A stretch of 41,300 nt of DNA from a virus (IMGVR_UViG_2778261153_000009:1-41300); one strand, 5' to 3'; shown: positions 1 to 9,299, counted from the first letter of the stretch. A program made the numbers and translations. The notes: generated from the sequence alone by a model not told the origin.

Positions 1-1719
1 ATGATTTTTAGGGATAGCTTGAGAGTATTACCTTATGGTCGAGTAGATAATGATTTCTTCCAGATAGAAGAAAGACGTTCATGGAATGCAGGGCGATATT
101 ATTGGTCTAATAGAAGGATTTTTGGTTATATTGGAATTACTCAATCCAGTAATAAAGAGCTGAAAGATAAGTCGGGGAGAGAGGGATTCATAAGAAACCA
201 GGCTGCAAGAGAACTGAAAACTATTATATCTAATTTGTTAACTGAACTTGCTGATAGATTTTTTGGTTCACGTTCTGATGACCGTAAAGAGCTTTTAGAA
301 CAAGTTAAGCGTGAAAAAGAGTTAAGAAAATCTGCTCAACAACAAGCTCGAAAATCAACACAAAAAAGTTTTTCAGAAGCTTTGAAGAATCAGACACCAG
401 TTCTTGATGCTTCCTTGGAGGCTGTTAAAAGGCTGAAAACTAAGCTTGATAAAACTGATGGTTCGTTAGATTTAAACTATCTTAAAATTATAGACAGTGA
501 TCTTACAAACTTAGATGCGTTGCGCAGTGAAATTAAAACGCCTATCAAACCTCCAAAACTTGGAATGTATGAAGAGAAATATAGAGACTACAGAGATAAA
601 TTTAATGAGTTCTCTGCGTATATTCTACAAATGAAGTTAGCAATTAATAAACTTGATTCTGAATTAAATAAACTTGAGCCTTCATTGTCAGCGAAAAATC
701 ACCTTGAAAAAAATCAAGGTATTATTAATTCTAAACTAACTAAGTTTAATAACACGATAGAGGAGAAGATACATTCTCTTTTAAAAAAATGGGCCGATGA
801 AATAAAGGTTGATCGAAGTGATTATTATGCTAAAACTATATCAGTTGTTGATTCAATAGATAATGATTCACAAATTGAAAATGTGTTTAATTTGCTCGAT
901 AGTTTATATGTTGAGTCAGTTGATACCCTAACTTTCAAATATCAATCAATAATAAAAGGTCTCGATAGATTATTTGAAGGTATAAACTTAGATTCAGCAT
1001 TCTCATTATCTGAAGAAGAACGCTCATATTTTGAAGAAAAAGCTAAAAGTTTAAACGCGCTTGCACAGTTAGGTATTAGTGTTGAGATAATATCTCATGA
1101 ACTTGAAGAAATGGATTCTATGGTAACCAGAGGACTAAACTCTCTTCCTACTTCTGTAAAAGAACACCCTGGTTTTTCATTGGCGTTAAATGCTCACAGA
1201 TCGCTTACTCAACAAATACGTTTCTTATCACCTTTGAAAATATCAGGTTATCAATCCAGGCAGAGAATAACTGGAAAAAATATCATGGATTATGTCCTGA
1301 AGTTCTTTGGGGAGCGTTTCGAACGGCAACGAATAACTATTGAATTTAGTGAAGAGTTTAAGCAAATCGCAATAACAGATATACCATCAAGGATCTATCC
1401 TGTTTTTACTAATATTATCAACAATGCAATGTATTGGGTCAGTCTGTCAAATAATAGGCTCATAAAGATTGGTTTTGTGAATTCTTTGGTTATCATAGCA
1501 AATTCTGGTCCGGCAATTGATACCGATGATATCCCGCGACTATTTGAACTATTTTATAGCAAAAGAGCAAATGGACATGGGGTAGGTCTGTATCTATGTC
1601 GAGAAAACCTTGCTGTTGCACATCATAAAATATGGTATTCAGAACCTGATGAAGGCGATAACTATTTAATAAAAGATGGCGCTAATTTTGTGATCCAGTT
1701 CAATGGAGTGGAGTTCTAA
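1..1719 (+). CDS. Histidine-kinase-like protein (HisKA + HATPase_c) with long charged N-terminal region that looks coiled-coil; possibly 5'-truncated by window edge
   Basis: H-box EIISHELEEMDSMV (His codon 1096..1098), N-box FTNIINNAMYWV, G1 ANSGPAID, F FELFYS, G2 GHGVGLYL; H-to-N spacing ~105 aa. Confidence 0.7.
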   Translation: MIFRDSLRVLPYGRVDNDFFQIEERRSWNAGRYYWSNRRIFGYIGITQSSNKELKDKSGREGFIRNQAARELKTIISNLLTELADRFFGSRSDDRKELLEQVKREKELRKSAQQQARKSTQKSFSEALKNQTPVLDASLEAVKRLKTKLDKTDGSLDLNYLKIIDSDLTNLDALRSEIKTPIKPPKLGMYEEKYRDYRDKFNEFSAYILQMKLAINKLDSELNKLEPSLSAKNHLEKNQGIINSKLTKFNNTIEEKIHSLLKKWADEIKVDRSDYYAKTISVVDSIDNDSQIENVFNLLDSLYVESVDTLTFKYQSIIKGLDRLFEGINLDSAFSLSEEERSYFEEKAKSLNALAQLGISVEIISHELEEMDSMVTRGLNSLPTSVKEHPGFSLALNAHRSLTQQIRFLSPLKISGYQSRQRITGKNIMDYVLKFFGERFERQRITIEFSEEFKQIAITDIPSRIYPVFTNIINNAMYWVSLSNNRLIKIGFVNSLVIIANSGPAIDTDDIPRLFELFYSKRANGHGVGLYLCRENLAVAHHKIWYSEPDEGDNYLIKDGANFVIQFNGVEF

Positions 1720-1720
1720 T

Positions 1721-3469
1721 ATGACAGTGGCAAATTATAATTCTCTTGTCCAGAAAACTTTCTGCGAAAATGCAATTCGTTCCGTTGTCATGATTGATGA
1801 CGATTTTCTGACGTATTCTGAATCAATCAGGGCGTTGAATAACGAAGTTGATTTAGACTACAACAAAATTGACTCATCTAAACGAGCCGCTACTCTTGAG
1901 AGCTTTTTTCAATCTAAAAATATGATTTGTGATGTTGACAATGGTTCTGTTAATTTCGATGTGGATCGGATTAGAAAATCAGATCTTATTATTGTAGATT
2001 ATCATCTTGATAATAATGCACCTGATAAAACACTTAAACCATTACAAGATTTGAAAGACTCCGATCATTTAAATATGATTGTAATATATACTAGAGAGAA
2101 TTTAGAAACGGTTTGGATGCAGATATCATCGACTCTCAAAGGTGCTCTGGATATCAACAGCTTGATCATTGACTACGATAATGAAGATGTCCAAAGTTAT
2201 TGGGAAGACGTTGTATTACCGAACTTAAATGATAATGGTAATAAAGCTCTCACAAGAGATGAAACAATAGCCTATATTAAAGACAGTAAGCCTTGTAGAA
2301 GAATTAAAAGATTAATACATGATGATGCTGTGTTGGAGGATCAAAAGGATAAAAACTTCATTGCAAAAATGATTGCAGAATATGCTGTGTCTAGAAATGC
2401 AATTATTTCTAGCAACACATCTGGCAATGTCATTCGGGGTGATGAAAGCGGAGTAAAATGGATTCAATGTGGTAATATCTTTGTCTCCCTATTTCATAAG
2501 GTTCAAGATGATCATGAAAACGATGGAGATAGGATTTGGCAAACTCTCAATGATTCTCTCATTGAATGGAAACCATCTTATTATCAGTTAATAAAATCTG
2601 AAATTCAGAATGCAATCGAAGCTGAGGCTTTATCTTTTGTAAATCATTTGGCTAACGATCATTACGGTCAAGCTGCGTGGTTAAATGAGATATTAAAATC
2701 AGACTCGCCTGATATTAGATGTAGAAATATTGACTTTGTATTTGGTAATTTATCAGAAGAGCTTTATCAAAGACTTAAAAATAATAATACGCTGGATGAA
2801 TTTATCAAAAGTGTTTTTGATAGCTATTCAAATGAATACGCTAACAGCGGAGTTGCTGCATTGCTCCAATATTGCTCTTCAAAAATGGATCTGCCATCAA
2901 ATAATGATACTTATCACGAAATGTATCATGCTTTAAATATGAATTTGTCTTCAAAGAATTTTGAAGATGGTCATATTTCTACTGGCACTATTTTCTTTGA
3001 TACAGAGTCGAACAAATGGTATTTATGTGTATCTGCGGCATGTGATTTGGTTCCTACTCAGGGTAACGACCCTCACCATGTAAGATTAAGTCCGCACAGG
3101 CTCATTAAAGTTCTGGAGCTTTTTAACGCCAGTCAGAGTAAAGCATTGCCATTTGCTGAACATTCGAAATATATATATGTAATGCATAAAAATCAAAGAA
3201 AATATCTCTCTATTTTCGAAGGGGATAAAACGCTTCCTGTTGTTGATTATATGGTGGTGTTGAATCATGGAACAACAGTTGATGGCGAAGAAAAAAATAT
3301 TATTTCTGCCGTGTTTTTAAGTAATATGGATGGCAACGTGCAAAATGTTCCTGTCCGACTCAAACTTAAATCTCAACTGAGAACTGGTTATGCAGAAAGA
3401 TATCAGGCTATAGCGTCTCAGTATAGCTCAAGGATTGGTGTGGATTATGTATCAATGATGCTACCATAA
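1721..3469 (+). CDS. Receiver-like N-terminal domain fused to ~430-aa domain of unknown function
   Basis: ATG 1 nt after upstream stop with SD GGAGTGGAG; receiver-like pattern VVMIDDD / LIIVDYHL (Asp codon 1997..1999) / MIVIYT / K~140; C-terminal domain not recognised. Confidence 0.55.
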   Translation: MTVANYNSLVQKTFCENAIRSVVMIDDDFLTYSESIRALNNEVDLDYNKIDSSKRAATLESFFQSKNMICDVDNGSVNFDVDRIRKSDLIIVDYHLDNNAPDKTLKPLQDLKDSDHLNMIVIYTRENLETVWMQISSTLKGALDINSLIIDYDNEDVQSYWEDVVLPNLNDNGNKALTRDETIAYIKDSKPCRRIKRLIHDDAVLEDQKDKNFIAKMIAEYAVSRNAIISSNTSGNVIRGDESGVKWIQCGNIFVSLFHKVQDDHENDGDRIWQTLNDSLIEWKPSYYQLIKSEIQNAIEAEALSFVNHLANDHYGQAAWLNEILKSDSPDIRCRNIDFVFGNLSEELYQRLKNNNTLDEFIKSVFDSYSNEYANSGVAALLQYCSSKMDLPSNNDTYHEMYHALNMNLSSKNFEDGHISTGTIFFDTESNKWYLCVSAACDLVPTQGNDPHHVRLSPHRLIKVLELFNASQSKALPFAEHSKYIYVMHKNQRKYLSIFEGDKTLPVVDYMVVLNHGTTVDGEEKNIISAVFLSNMDGNVQNVPVRLKLKSQLRTGYAERYQAIASQYSSRIGVDYVSMMLP

Positions 3470-3540
3470 TTATTATATTTTAGGCGTGGTGATTTTTTTT
3501 CGCCATGCCTATTTTATATTTATCATCACAATGATGTTGT

Positions 3541-3957
3541 TTATTTTTGTTTAAGTCTTCTAAGCTTCATGCATTCTAATGAGAATAATAATAGAGTTGT
3601 GCTGTATATAAAGCCAGAGTTAGTTAATAACTTTAAATTTAATGCTTCAGGATTTTCACTGAGAAAGTGAAAGGCATAAACTAAGTATACAGCTAAAGTA
3701 GCCGTTCCAATTGTTGGTCCAATATCGCCTTGATCATGAGGTTCAAGGTTTACATTGAACTTGAAGATTAGCCATTCAAATCCCCAAGTAAAAAAAACAA
3801 CTAATATCATGGCTGCGAATAATTTCGCGATGTTATCTGCTGATGGATTCATCAGAACAGATTGTTTCTGAAAAAATTCACAAAGTGAGAGTCCGAAAAA
3901 AATAAAAAAAAGTGGTCTGGAACTAAATTTTTCAAAAACTTTGAATAGGGTTTCCAT
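3541..3957 (-). CDS. Small hydrophobic membrane protein, hypothetical
   Basis: 138-aa ORF with several hydrophobic stretches, AT-rich, convergent with the upstream operon. Confidence 0.4.
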   Translation of the reverse strand: METLFKVFEKFSSRPLFFIFFGLSLCEFFQKQSVLMNPSADNIAKLFAAMILVVFFTWGFEWLIFKFNVNLEPHDQGDIGPTIGTATLAVYLVYAFHFLSENPEALNLKLLTNSGFIYSTTLLLFSLECMKLRRLKQK

Positions 3958-3995
3958 TTTCTTTACCTTCAGGATTATATTAGCTATTCTGATAC

Positions 3996-5225
3996 TTAGG
4001 CTACCAGAGCATTTGATCTTTGAGCTTGAACGTAATCACTCCACCATTGCATCAAACTCTGTCGCTCTATCAGATATTCTGCACGATTGTATGCTGCGAT
4101 AATTTCATCTTTTTTCGAGTGGGCAAGCGCTGCCTCAAGAACTTCAGCTCTGAATTTACCAGACTCCTCTGCCGCTGTTCGTGCAATAGAACGCATACCG
4201 TGAGCTACAAGCTCGCCTCCGAACCCCATTCGGATGATAGCTGCGTTGGCTGTTTGTTCATGCATATGATTAAGAGGCGCTTTTATGCTGGGGAAAACCC
4301 ATTCTCTATGCCCACTTATTGATTTCATTAATTCAAGGATGCGCAAAGCTTCTTTACTCAAAGGAACTTTGTGAAGCTTTTTCATTTTCATGAAATCAGC
4401 AGGAATGTTCCAAATGCTGTTGGTTGTATCAATATCAGACCACCTTGCGCGAACGGCTTCACCCGGACGAACCCATGTCAACAATTGCCATTCAATTAGC
4501 ATACGTGTTTCCAACCGGATTGACGCATTCGTCAAAGATTCCATAAACCTTGGCAATTCGCTTGGGGGAAGGGCAGGCATATTTTGCTTTTTTGGTTTAC
4601 TGAATCTTTGACCAAGGTTGTCAGCCGGGTTGAACTCAATAAGTTCTTCAGTAGCTGCCCACCGGAAGATTTCATTCAGACGTGAAATGATACGGCGTAG
4701 AGTTTCCAATACGCCTCGTTGCTCAATAGGATCAAGGTGTTGTTTTAAGAGCTTAGGTCGGATCTCATTGATAGGGACATTACCCAGACCGGGAAAGACA
4801 TTTCTCTCTAAGCTGCGCCAGATGTCTGCTGCATGGTCTTGTGAGATACCTGATGTCTTTACCTTCTCATCTAACCATTTCCGCGCTACGGCTTGGAGAG
4901 TGTGCTCAGTAGCACTCTTTAATGCCTTCGCCTTATCGTTGTTATGGATTTGGGGATCAACACCATTTGCCAGAAAGGAGAGATATTCATCACGTAAGGC
5001 TCTGGCTCTTGCAAGGGTAAGGTGAGGATATGTCCCAAGGCTCATTTTGGTTCTTTTCTTGCTCACTGGTACTGCATACCTGAAATACCAATTTTTCTTG
5101 CCTCCTTTCGCCAAAGGAGCGATTCGTAGAATCAGACCATCACCGTCAAACAAGTTGATTTCTTTATCGGCTGGCTTGGTGCTTTTGATTTCAGTGTCAG
5201 TGAGCTTCTTAGCGATTTTTGCCAT
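3996..5225 (-). CDS. int: Tyrosine integrase, P4 family (IntA-like)
   Basis: N-terminus MAKIAKKLTDTEIK...LFDGDGLILRI, C-terminal SLMQWWSDY typical of P4-type integrases; start moved to Met15 of the ORF by analogy with IntA. Confidence 0.85.
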   Translation of the reverse strand: MAKIAKKLTDTEIKSTKPADKEINLFDGDGLILRIAPLAKGGKKNWYFRYAVPVSKKRTKMSLGTYPHLTLARARALRDEYLSFLANGVDPQIHNNDKAKALKSATEHTLQAVARKWLDEKVKTSGISQDHAADIWRSLERNVFPGLGNVPINEIRPKLLKQHLDPIEQRGVLETLRRIISRLNEIFRWAATEELIEFNPADNLGQRFSKPKKQNMPALPPSELPRFMESLTNASIRLETRMLIEWQLLTWVRPGEAVRARWSDIDTTNSIWNIPADFMKMKKLHKVPLSKEALRILELMKSISGHREWVFPSIKAPLNHMHEQTANAAIIRMGFGGELVAHGMRSIARTAAEESGKFRAEVLEAALAHSKKDEIIAAYNRAEYLIERQSLMQWWSDYVQAQRSNALVA

Positions 5226-5390
5226 TTTGGGACCCTCGGTTTTTGGACCCTTCTTAGTGGGTCCCATTCAGGGTGCCATAACTCGTAGTTCTCAGCAATT
5301 CTCACTGGACGACAATAGACGTAAAAAAGCCCGCAGAGCTTGTGCTGTGTGGGCTTAGTAGACTTCATTGAACTTCAAACAACTAAAAAG

Positions 5391-5422
5391 TGGTGGAGCT
5401 GGCGGGAGTTGAACCCGTGTCC
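5391..5422 (-). repeat. att direct repeat: partial copy of tmRNA (ssrA) 3' end
   Basis: Minus strand reads GGACACGGGTTCAACTCCCGCCAGCTCCACCA, matching the ssrA acceptor/T-arm 3' end as I recall it; upstream lacks any tmRNA tag-coding region. Confidence 0.7.
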
Positions 5423-5849
5423 ATAGTTATGTAATTCATTGAATTTAAATAGCCAAATATTGTTGATTTTACAAGCGGCTCTTTTGCGGAACTTTTTCTG
5501 TCCTGTTACTGTCTTACTATTTATTTTAAAATAGTTTCATTTGGAATTAATGGTTTGTGGTTGCAGTTTCGGAGATAGATAGCATTTTTTGCTAAAAAAT
5601 ATTTTTATAAAAAAATGTGTGTAAAAATGATGTTATGCACAGATTTATGCACAGAGGCTTTGTGATAAACCAGATTGTTTTGGATAAGTTTGTTTTTTTG
5701 TGATTTGTCAACAATATTATTGACTCTTGTTACTAAAGTGAGTGTTTTCTAAGGTGGTCAGAAGTTGTCCCTTCATGTAATCTTATTAGCCATAAAGAAC
5801 AAAAAATAATTCAACATCATTACCAACTATTTGTAAGATAAGGTTTTTA

Positions 5850-6665
5850 ATGTTGCAGCCAGCAAAAAAAGCATCAGTTATTAGCGCGCGGCTAACTAAA
5901 TACCTCAAAGATGGAGTGAGGATTGATGACTTTAGCTTTAGAAGGATGTTACGTGAGATTGAAGCACTTAGAGATCCTGTCTCTGAGGACTATCTTTTAG
6001 CGTTGGTCTATGGTGCACATGGCCAAGTGAATGAGGCGATAGGCTTCTTTGAGCGTTCCTTGCAGGTATGCCATAATGAGGTTGTTGCAAAGAATTTTCT
6101 TGTTTTCTTGTCAGATTACGGTACGTTGAAGAAAAGCTTTGAAACAAGCATTAAGCTTGCTGAAAGCTTCATATCCCCGTTTATTTATCTTCAAGCTTAT
6201 GAAAACTCCCTCTTTATGGGGAAGATGGCGTTGGCGGAGAAGTATTTCCAGTCATACTCTAAATTGTTCGGAGATAAGGAGCCTGAAAAAATGGACAACA
6301 ATTTTGATGAAGTTGTTTCCCAGGTCGAATCCTTTAAGCAACGTGCCGATCTTTCTGGTTTAGAATATGAACTTATTTTCAATAATGTAGCCAATGTCAT
6401 GGATTCTCAGAAGGTTCATCTTTCGGGAATGCGTTTTTATAATATTTCGGAAGAGAAAGTGAATGCGATTGTATTCATGACAAAGTCTTCTGATGCTGAA
6501 CAAATCGCTGATATGAATATTGAGCTTGCTTTTTCAATGGCTGAGCACGATTGTTTAGTCGGTAAAGATTTTGCTGTTTGGTTTGAATGTAAAGACACAC
6601 ATATTGAGCAGAATGCTATCTCCGAATTAGGTCTGATTACCCGGAGGGTTGCACATGCCGGTTAA
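5850..6665 (+). CDS. Hypothetical protein (AT-rich cargo between att and int)
   Basis: 271-aa ORF, no family recognised; overlaps the next gene. Confidence 0.5.
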   Translation: MLQPAKKASVISARLTKYLKDGVRIDDFSFRRMLREIEALRDPVSEDYLLALVYGAHGQVNEAIGFFERSLQVCHNEVVAKNFLVFLSDYGTLKKSFETSIKLAESFISPFIYLQAYENSLFMGKMALAEKYFQSYSKLFGDKEPEKMDNNFDEVVSQVESFKQRADLSGLEYELIFNNVANVMDSQKVHLSGMRFYNISEEKVNAIVFMTKSSDAEQIADMNIELAFSMAEHDCLVGKDFAVWFECKDTHIEQNAISELGLITRRVAHAG

Positions 6666-7038
6666 TAGTCAAGATTTTCTCGGTTTTGCAAAAGACTGTC
6701 ATCAACGTAATGACGAAATCGGCTATCGAAATGCTATAGCAAGATCCTACTATGGCGCTTACCATCATGTCTTGCCTTGTATGGTAAACGGGCCGAAAGA
6801 CAGTCATCAGGGGCTAATCAATTATTTGCAGGGCGATGCTTCAAGAGGAAGTGAAGTATATGAAGCTAGATATCTAAAAGGGATTAGTTTTATCCTGAGT
6901 CAACTTAAAGCTCAGAGGATTGTTGCAGACTATCGACTTGATCAATCGGTCACTTCTAAACAGTCTGAAGTTGCGATTCTAACAACTGAGAGGCTCTTTG
7001 CTAAGTGTACGGAAATGCTTAAATCGAGAGCCTCCTAA
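6655..7038 (+). CDS. Hypothetical protein, coupled to upstream gene
   Basis: ATG at 6655 preceded by SD GGAGGG; 11-nt overlap with upstream stop; contains RSYYGAYH (R-x6-H) motif. Confidence 0.5.
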   Translation: MPVNSQDFLGFAKDCHQRNDEIGYRNAIARSYYGAYHHVLPCMVNGPKDSHQGLINYLQGDASRGSEVYEARYLKGISFILSQLKAQRIVADYRLDQSVTSKQSEVAILTTERLFAKCTEMLKSRAS

Positions 7039-7043
7039 TTGAT

Positions 7044-7067
7044 AAAGCCACTTAAGTGGCTTTTTTT
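7044..7067 (+). terminator. Rho-independent terminator (hairpin AAAGCCAC-TTAA-GTGGCTTT + T-run)
   Basis: Perfect stem followed by TTTTTTT between convergent genes; overlaps int stop codon. Confidence 0.5.
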
Positions 7068-8224
7068 GTGATATTGCTGGTCGTATTACCGTCATATTCC
7101 TTTAAATATGAACCATAATGACGAAATAACATTTCCGGCCCTTTATGCCCCATTTGAGCTGCAAGCCAAAACAGGTTTGCTCCCCGGCTGATATGGCGGG
7201 TGGCGAATGTATGCCTAGTTTGATATGGATTTCTGTAACGAATACCTGCTTTTCGCAATGTTGGCACCCATGCTTTTTTCCTGATTGCATCAGCACTTGC
7301 CCAAGGCTTATTGGTCTTTGGATCTTCAAAGACAGTAGTATCCTTCATGAATGTAAATGGCTTCTGATTTATCAGCGCCAACATTGCCTCTTCTGTCAGT
7401 TCAACTTTCCGAGTACCTGCTTTTGTCTTTGTCCCTTTGATAACACCGACAACACTTGCGCTCTGGACATGGGCAGTTTTTCCAACAAAGTCGATATCAC
7501 GCCATCGAAGGGCACATAATTCAGAACTACGCAGGCCTGTATGTATAGCGAACCGGAACAGATTTTCCCATTGTTTGTTTCCGGCTGCTGCTAGTAATGC
7601 ATCAACTTCTGCTGGTGATAGCGGATCAACTACGTAGCTGCTTTCTGCTTCTGACTTATCACTTTGGTAGCGCGAAGCTGTTACTAACGATACGGGGTTA
7701 ATTTGAAGTACCCCATCGGTCACGGCTTCATCAAGTGCTGACCGCAGGAAAGATAACTGGTTGCGAATTGTTTTTAAGGTCGTTTTCTGATTTTGAATCC
7801 ACGCTTTCAGGGTTGCTGGTGTTAATTCACTTGCAGGGCAAATGTGAAGTGAGGCTAACGCACTACGGCATTTTTTATAGCCACCAATCGTAGAGGGTGA
7901 AAGTTTTCTTGTTTCGCAGATTTCAAGATATTCGTCCAGGTACATCTTTACCGTTTTGCCTGCAGCAGCATTACCAAAAATTTTCAAACGAGCAGAACGG
8001 GGAAAATATTCTGCATAAATGAATGTTCCCCTTTCGATCTTATTATGGATTTCGCCGAGTGTACGCTCGGCGTATTTAATGTTCTTTGGTGTTACTTCCA
8101 GATTGGAAAGCGGCTCACGACATCTAACTCCTTTGTAGGTGAAAGTTATATTGATCGTTTCTCCCTGGCGGTGTTTCCTGATTGTTACGCCGCGCGGTAG
8201 TTTGAGCAGTTTTGTCTGGCCCAT
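7052..8224 (-). CDS. int: Phage tyrosine integrase (lambdoid)
   Basis: C-terminal RHTFATRHISRGANLFWLAAQMGHKGPEMLFRHYGSY catalytic region; N-terminal arm-binding-like domain. Confidence 0.85.
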   Translation of the reverse strand: MGQTKLLKLPRGVTIRKHRQGETINITFTYKGVRCREPLSNLEVTPKNIKYAERTLGEIHNKIERGTFIYAEYFPRSARLKIFGNAAAGKTVKMYLDEYLEICETRKLSPSTIGGYKKCRSALASLHICPASELTPATLKAWIQNQKTTLKTIRNQLSFLRSALDEAVTDGVLQINPVSLVTASRYQSDKSEAESSYVVDPLSPAEVDALLAAAGNKQWENLFRFAIHTGLRSSELCALRWRDIDFVGKTAHVQSASVVGVIKGTKTKAGTRKVELTEEAMLALINQKPFTFMKDTTVFEDPKTNKPWASADAIRKKAWVPTLRKAGIRYRNPYQTRHTFATRHISRGANLFWLAAQMGHKGPEMLFRHYGSYLKEYDGNTTSNITKKAT

Positions 8225-8391
8225 TTTGCAACCTCACTAAGATCAATCCACCTCTCCTTAACGCCTTCAACCTTTAAAACCTGAACACCTTCACGCCAAA
8301 CACCGCGCTGTACACGTTTGTTTATTGCTTCAGGAGTTTCGCCAGTTTCTTTGCAATAAGTTGAGATAGGAACACAATCGAGGTTCAGCAT
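8185..8391 (-). CDS. xis: Excisionase-like small DNA-binding protein
   Basis: 68-aa basic ORF immediately upstream of and overlapping int; SD GGAG 6 nt before ATG at 8391. Confidence 0.5.
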   Translation of the reverse strand: MLNLDCVPISTYCKETGETPEAINKRVQRGVWREGVQVLKVEGVKERWIDLSEVAKWARQNCSNYRAA

Positions 8392-8432
8392 ACGTTTCTC
8401 CATTATCCCGTCTGCACACGGGAGCAACATTA

Positions 8433-9299
8433 TTAACGAATAGTGTCGTTACTTTGAAGTACAGCAAATGCCATTAATACTTCTAAAGTATATCTTCTAT
8501 AAAATTTAACAAAACCAACATAGAAAACATAGACGAAGAAAAAGCTAAGCATTATTGAAAGTAAACTATAAAGATAATCACTATGAGTACATAATCGATA
8601 AATAAAGGTTGGAACTGATACCCAAAATGAAATTATAAAGATTAAACATATGTTTCTGCAAAAACCATATAATGCAACATAGTTTTGAATTTTTGTTTGA
8701 TGTTGTTTTGAAAACTCATAAACATAATGATATGCCAATCTGAAGAGATCATCATCAAGTCCGTTTTTATCTTGTAATAATTGGCGATTTGTTATGAACT
8801 TTTTCTCATAACCTTCTTTGATCATTAACCATGTTGTATTAGCTAAATGAAATGGTAGAGATTGAGAATAACATAGTTTTTGTGTTATAAAATCCCATAG
8901 TATTATTGGGCATAATACGCATTTGATTATGCGATTCTTTATTTTTGTTTTTTTATCAGCGCTTCTCTCATCGCATGATGGGCTACAAATGCTTTCTGAG
9001 GTATCTATCAATTTTTTAAATAGATATTTGGAAGGATATCCTAATTCTTTATTCATGTATTTTTCGATAAAAAATGCTGACGTGATAGAAATAAAATGTC
9101 CAGCTATATAAGATATAATAACTATTGAAGCGTAGTTCAAAATGCCAAAGATTTGACTTTGACCTCTGAGCAATTCACTTAAGTCAATAACAATATCTAG
9201 ATCGAATGTCAAACCACAGAAATACATTAATAGGATAAAAAAACCACCTGGTATTAAATATCCAAGAAAGTCATAGAATGAGAATGGATTTTGATTCAT
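8433..9299 (-). CDS. Multi-pass membrane protein, hypothetical (AT-rich cargo)
   Basis: ATG at 9299 with SD GGAGA; multiple hydrophobic segments; AT-rich unlike flanking phage genes. Confidence 0.55.
   Translation of the reverse strand: MNQNPFSFYDFLGYLIPGGFFILLMYFCGLTFDLDIVIDLSELLRGQSQIFGILNYASIVIISYIAGHFISITSAFFIEKYMNKELGYPSKYLFKKLIDTSESICSPSCDERSADKKTKIKNRIIKCVLCPIILWDFITQKLCYSQSLPFHLANTTWLMIKEGYEKKFITNRQLLQDKNGLDDDLFRLAYHYVYEFSKQHQTKIQNYVALYGFCRNICLIFIISFWVSVPTFIYRLCTHSDYLYSLLSIMLSFFFVYVFYVGFVKFYRRYTLEVLMAFAVLQSNDTIR

Larger units (their letters stand above)
1..5422. mobile_element. Integrative island with P4-type integrase at an ssrA-derived att repeat; extends beyond window start
   Basis: P4/IntA-like integrase adjacent to a partial tmRNA 3'-end copy; cargo genes visibly AT-rich compared with the integrase and prophage core. 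Confidence 0.6.

Noticed and set aside
2730-3268. Short ORFs 2730..2936 (+) and 3086..3268 (-) inside the receiver-fusion gene
   Set aside because: Fully embedded in a longer, better-supported reading frame; AT-rich sequence produces such ORFs by chance.
4020-5368. Several ORFs overlapping or antisense to the P4-type integrase
   Set aside because: The integrase frame is supported by conserved integrase sequence; the overlapping ORFs have no support.
5391-5760. Possibility that a complete tmRNA (ssrA) or tRNA gene lies here
   Set aside because: Only the terminal ~32 nt match the ssrA 3' end; the adjacent sequence is AT-rich with no tag-coding or tmRNA-like region, so this is an att repeat, not a gene.
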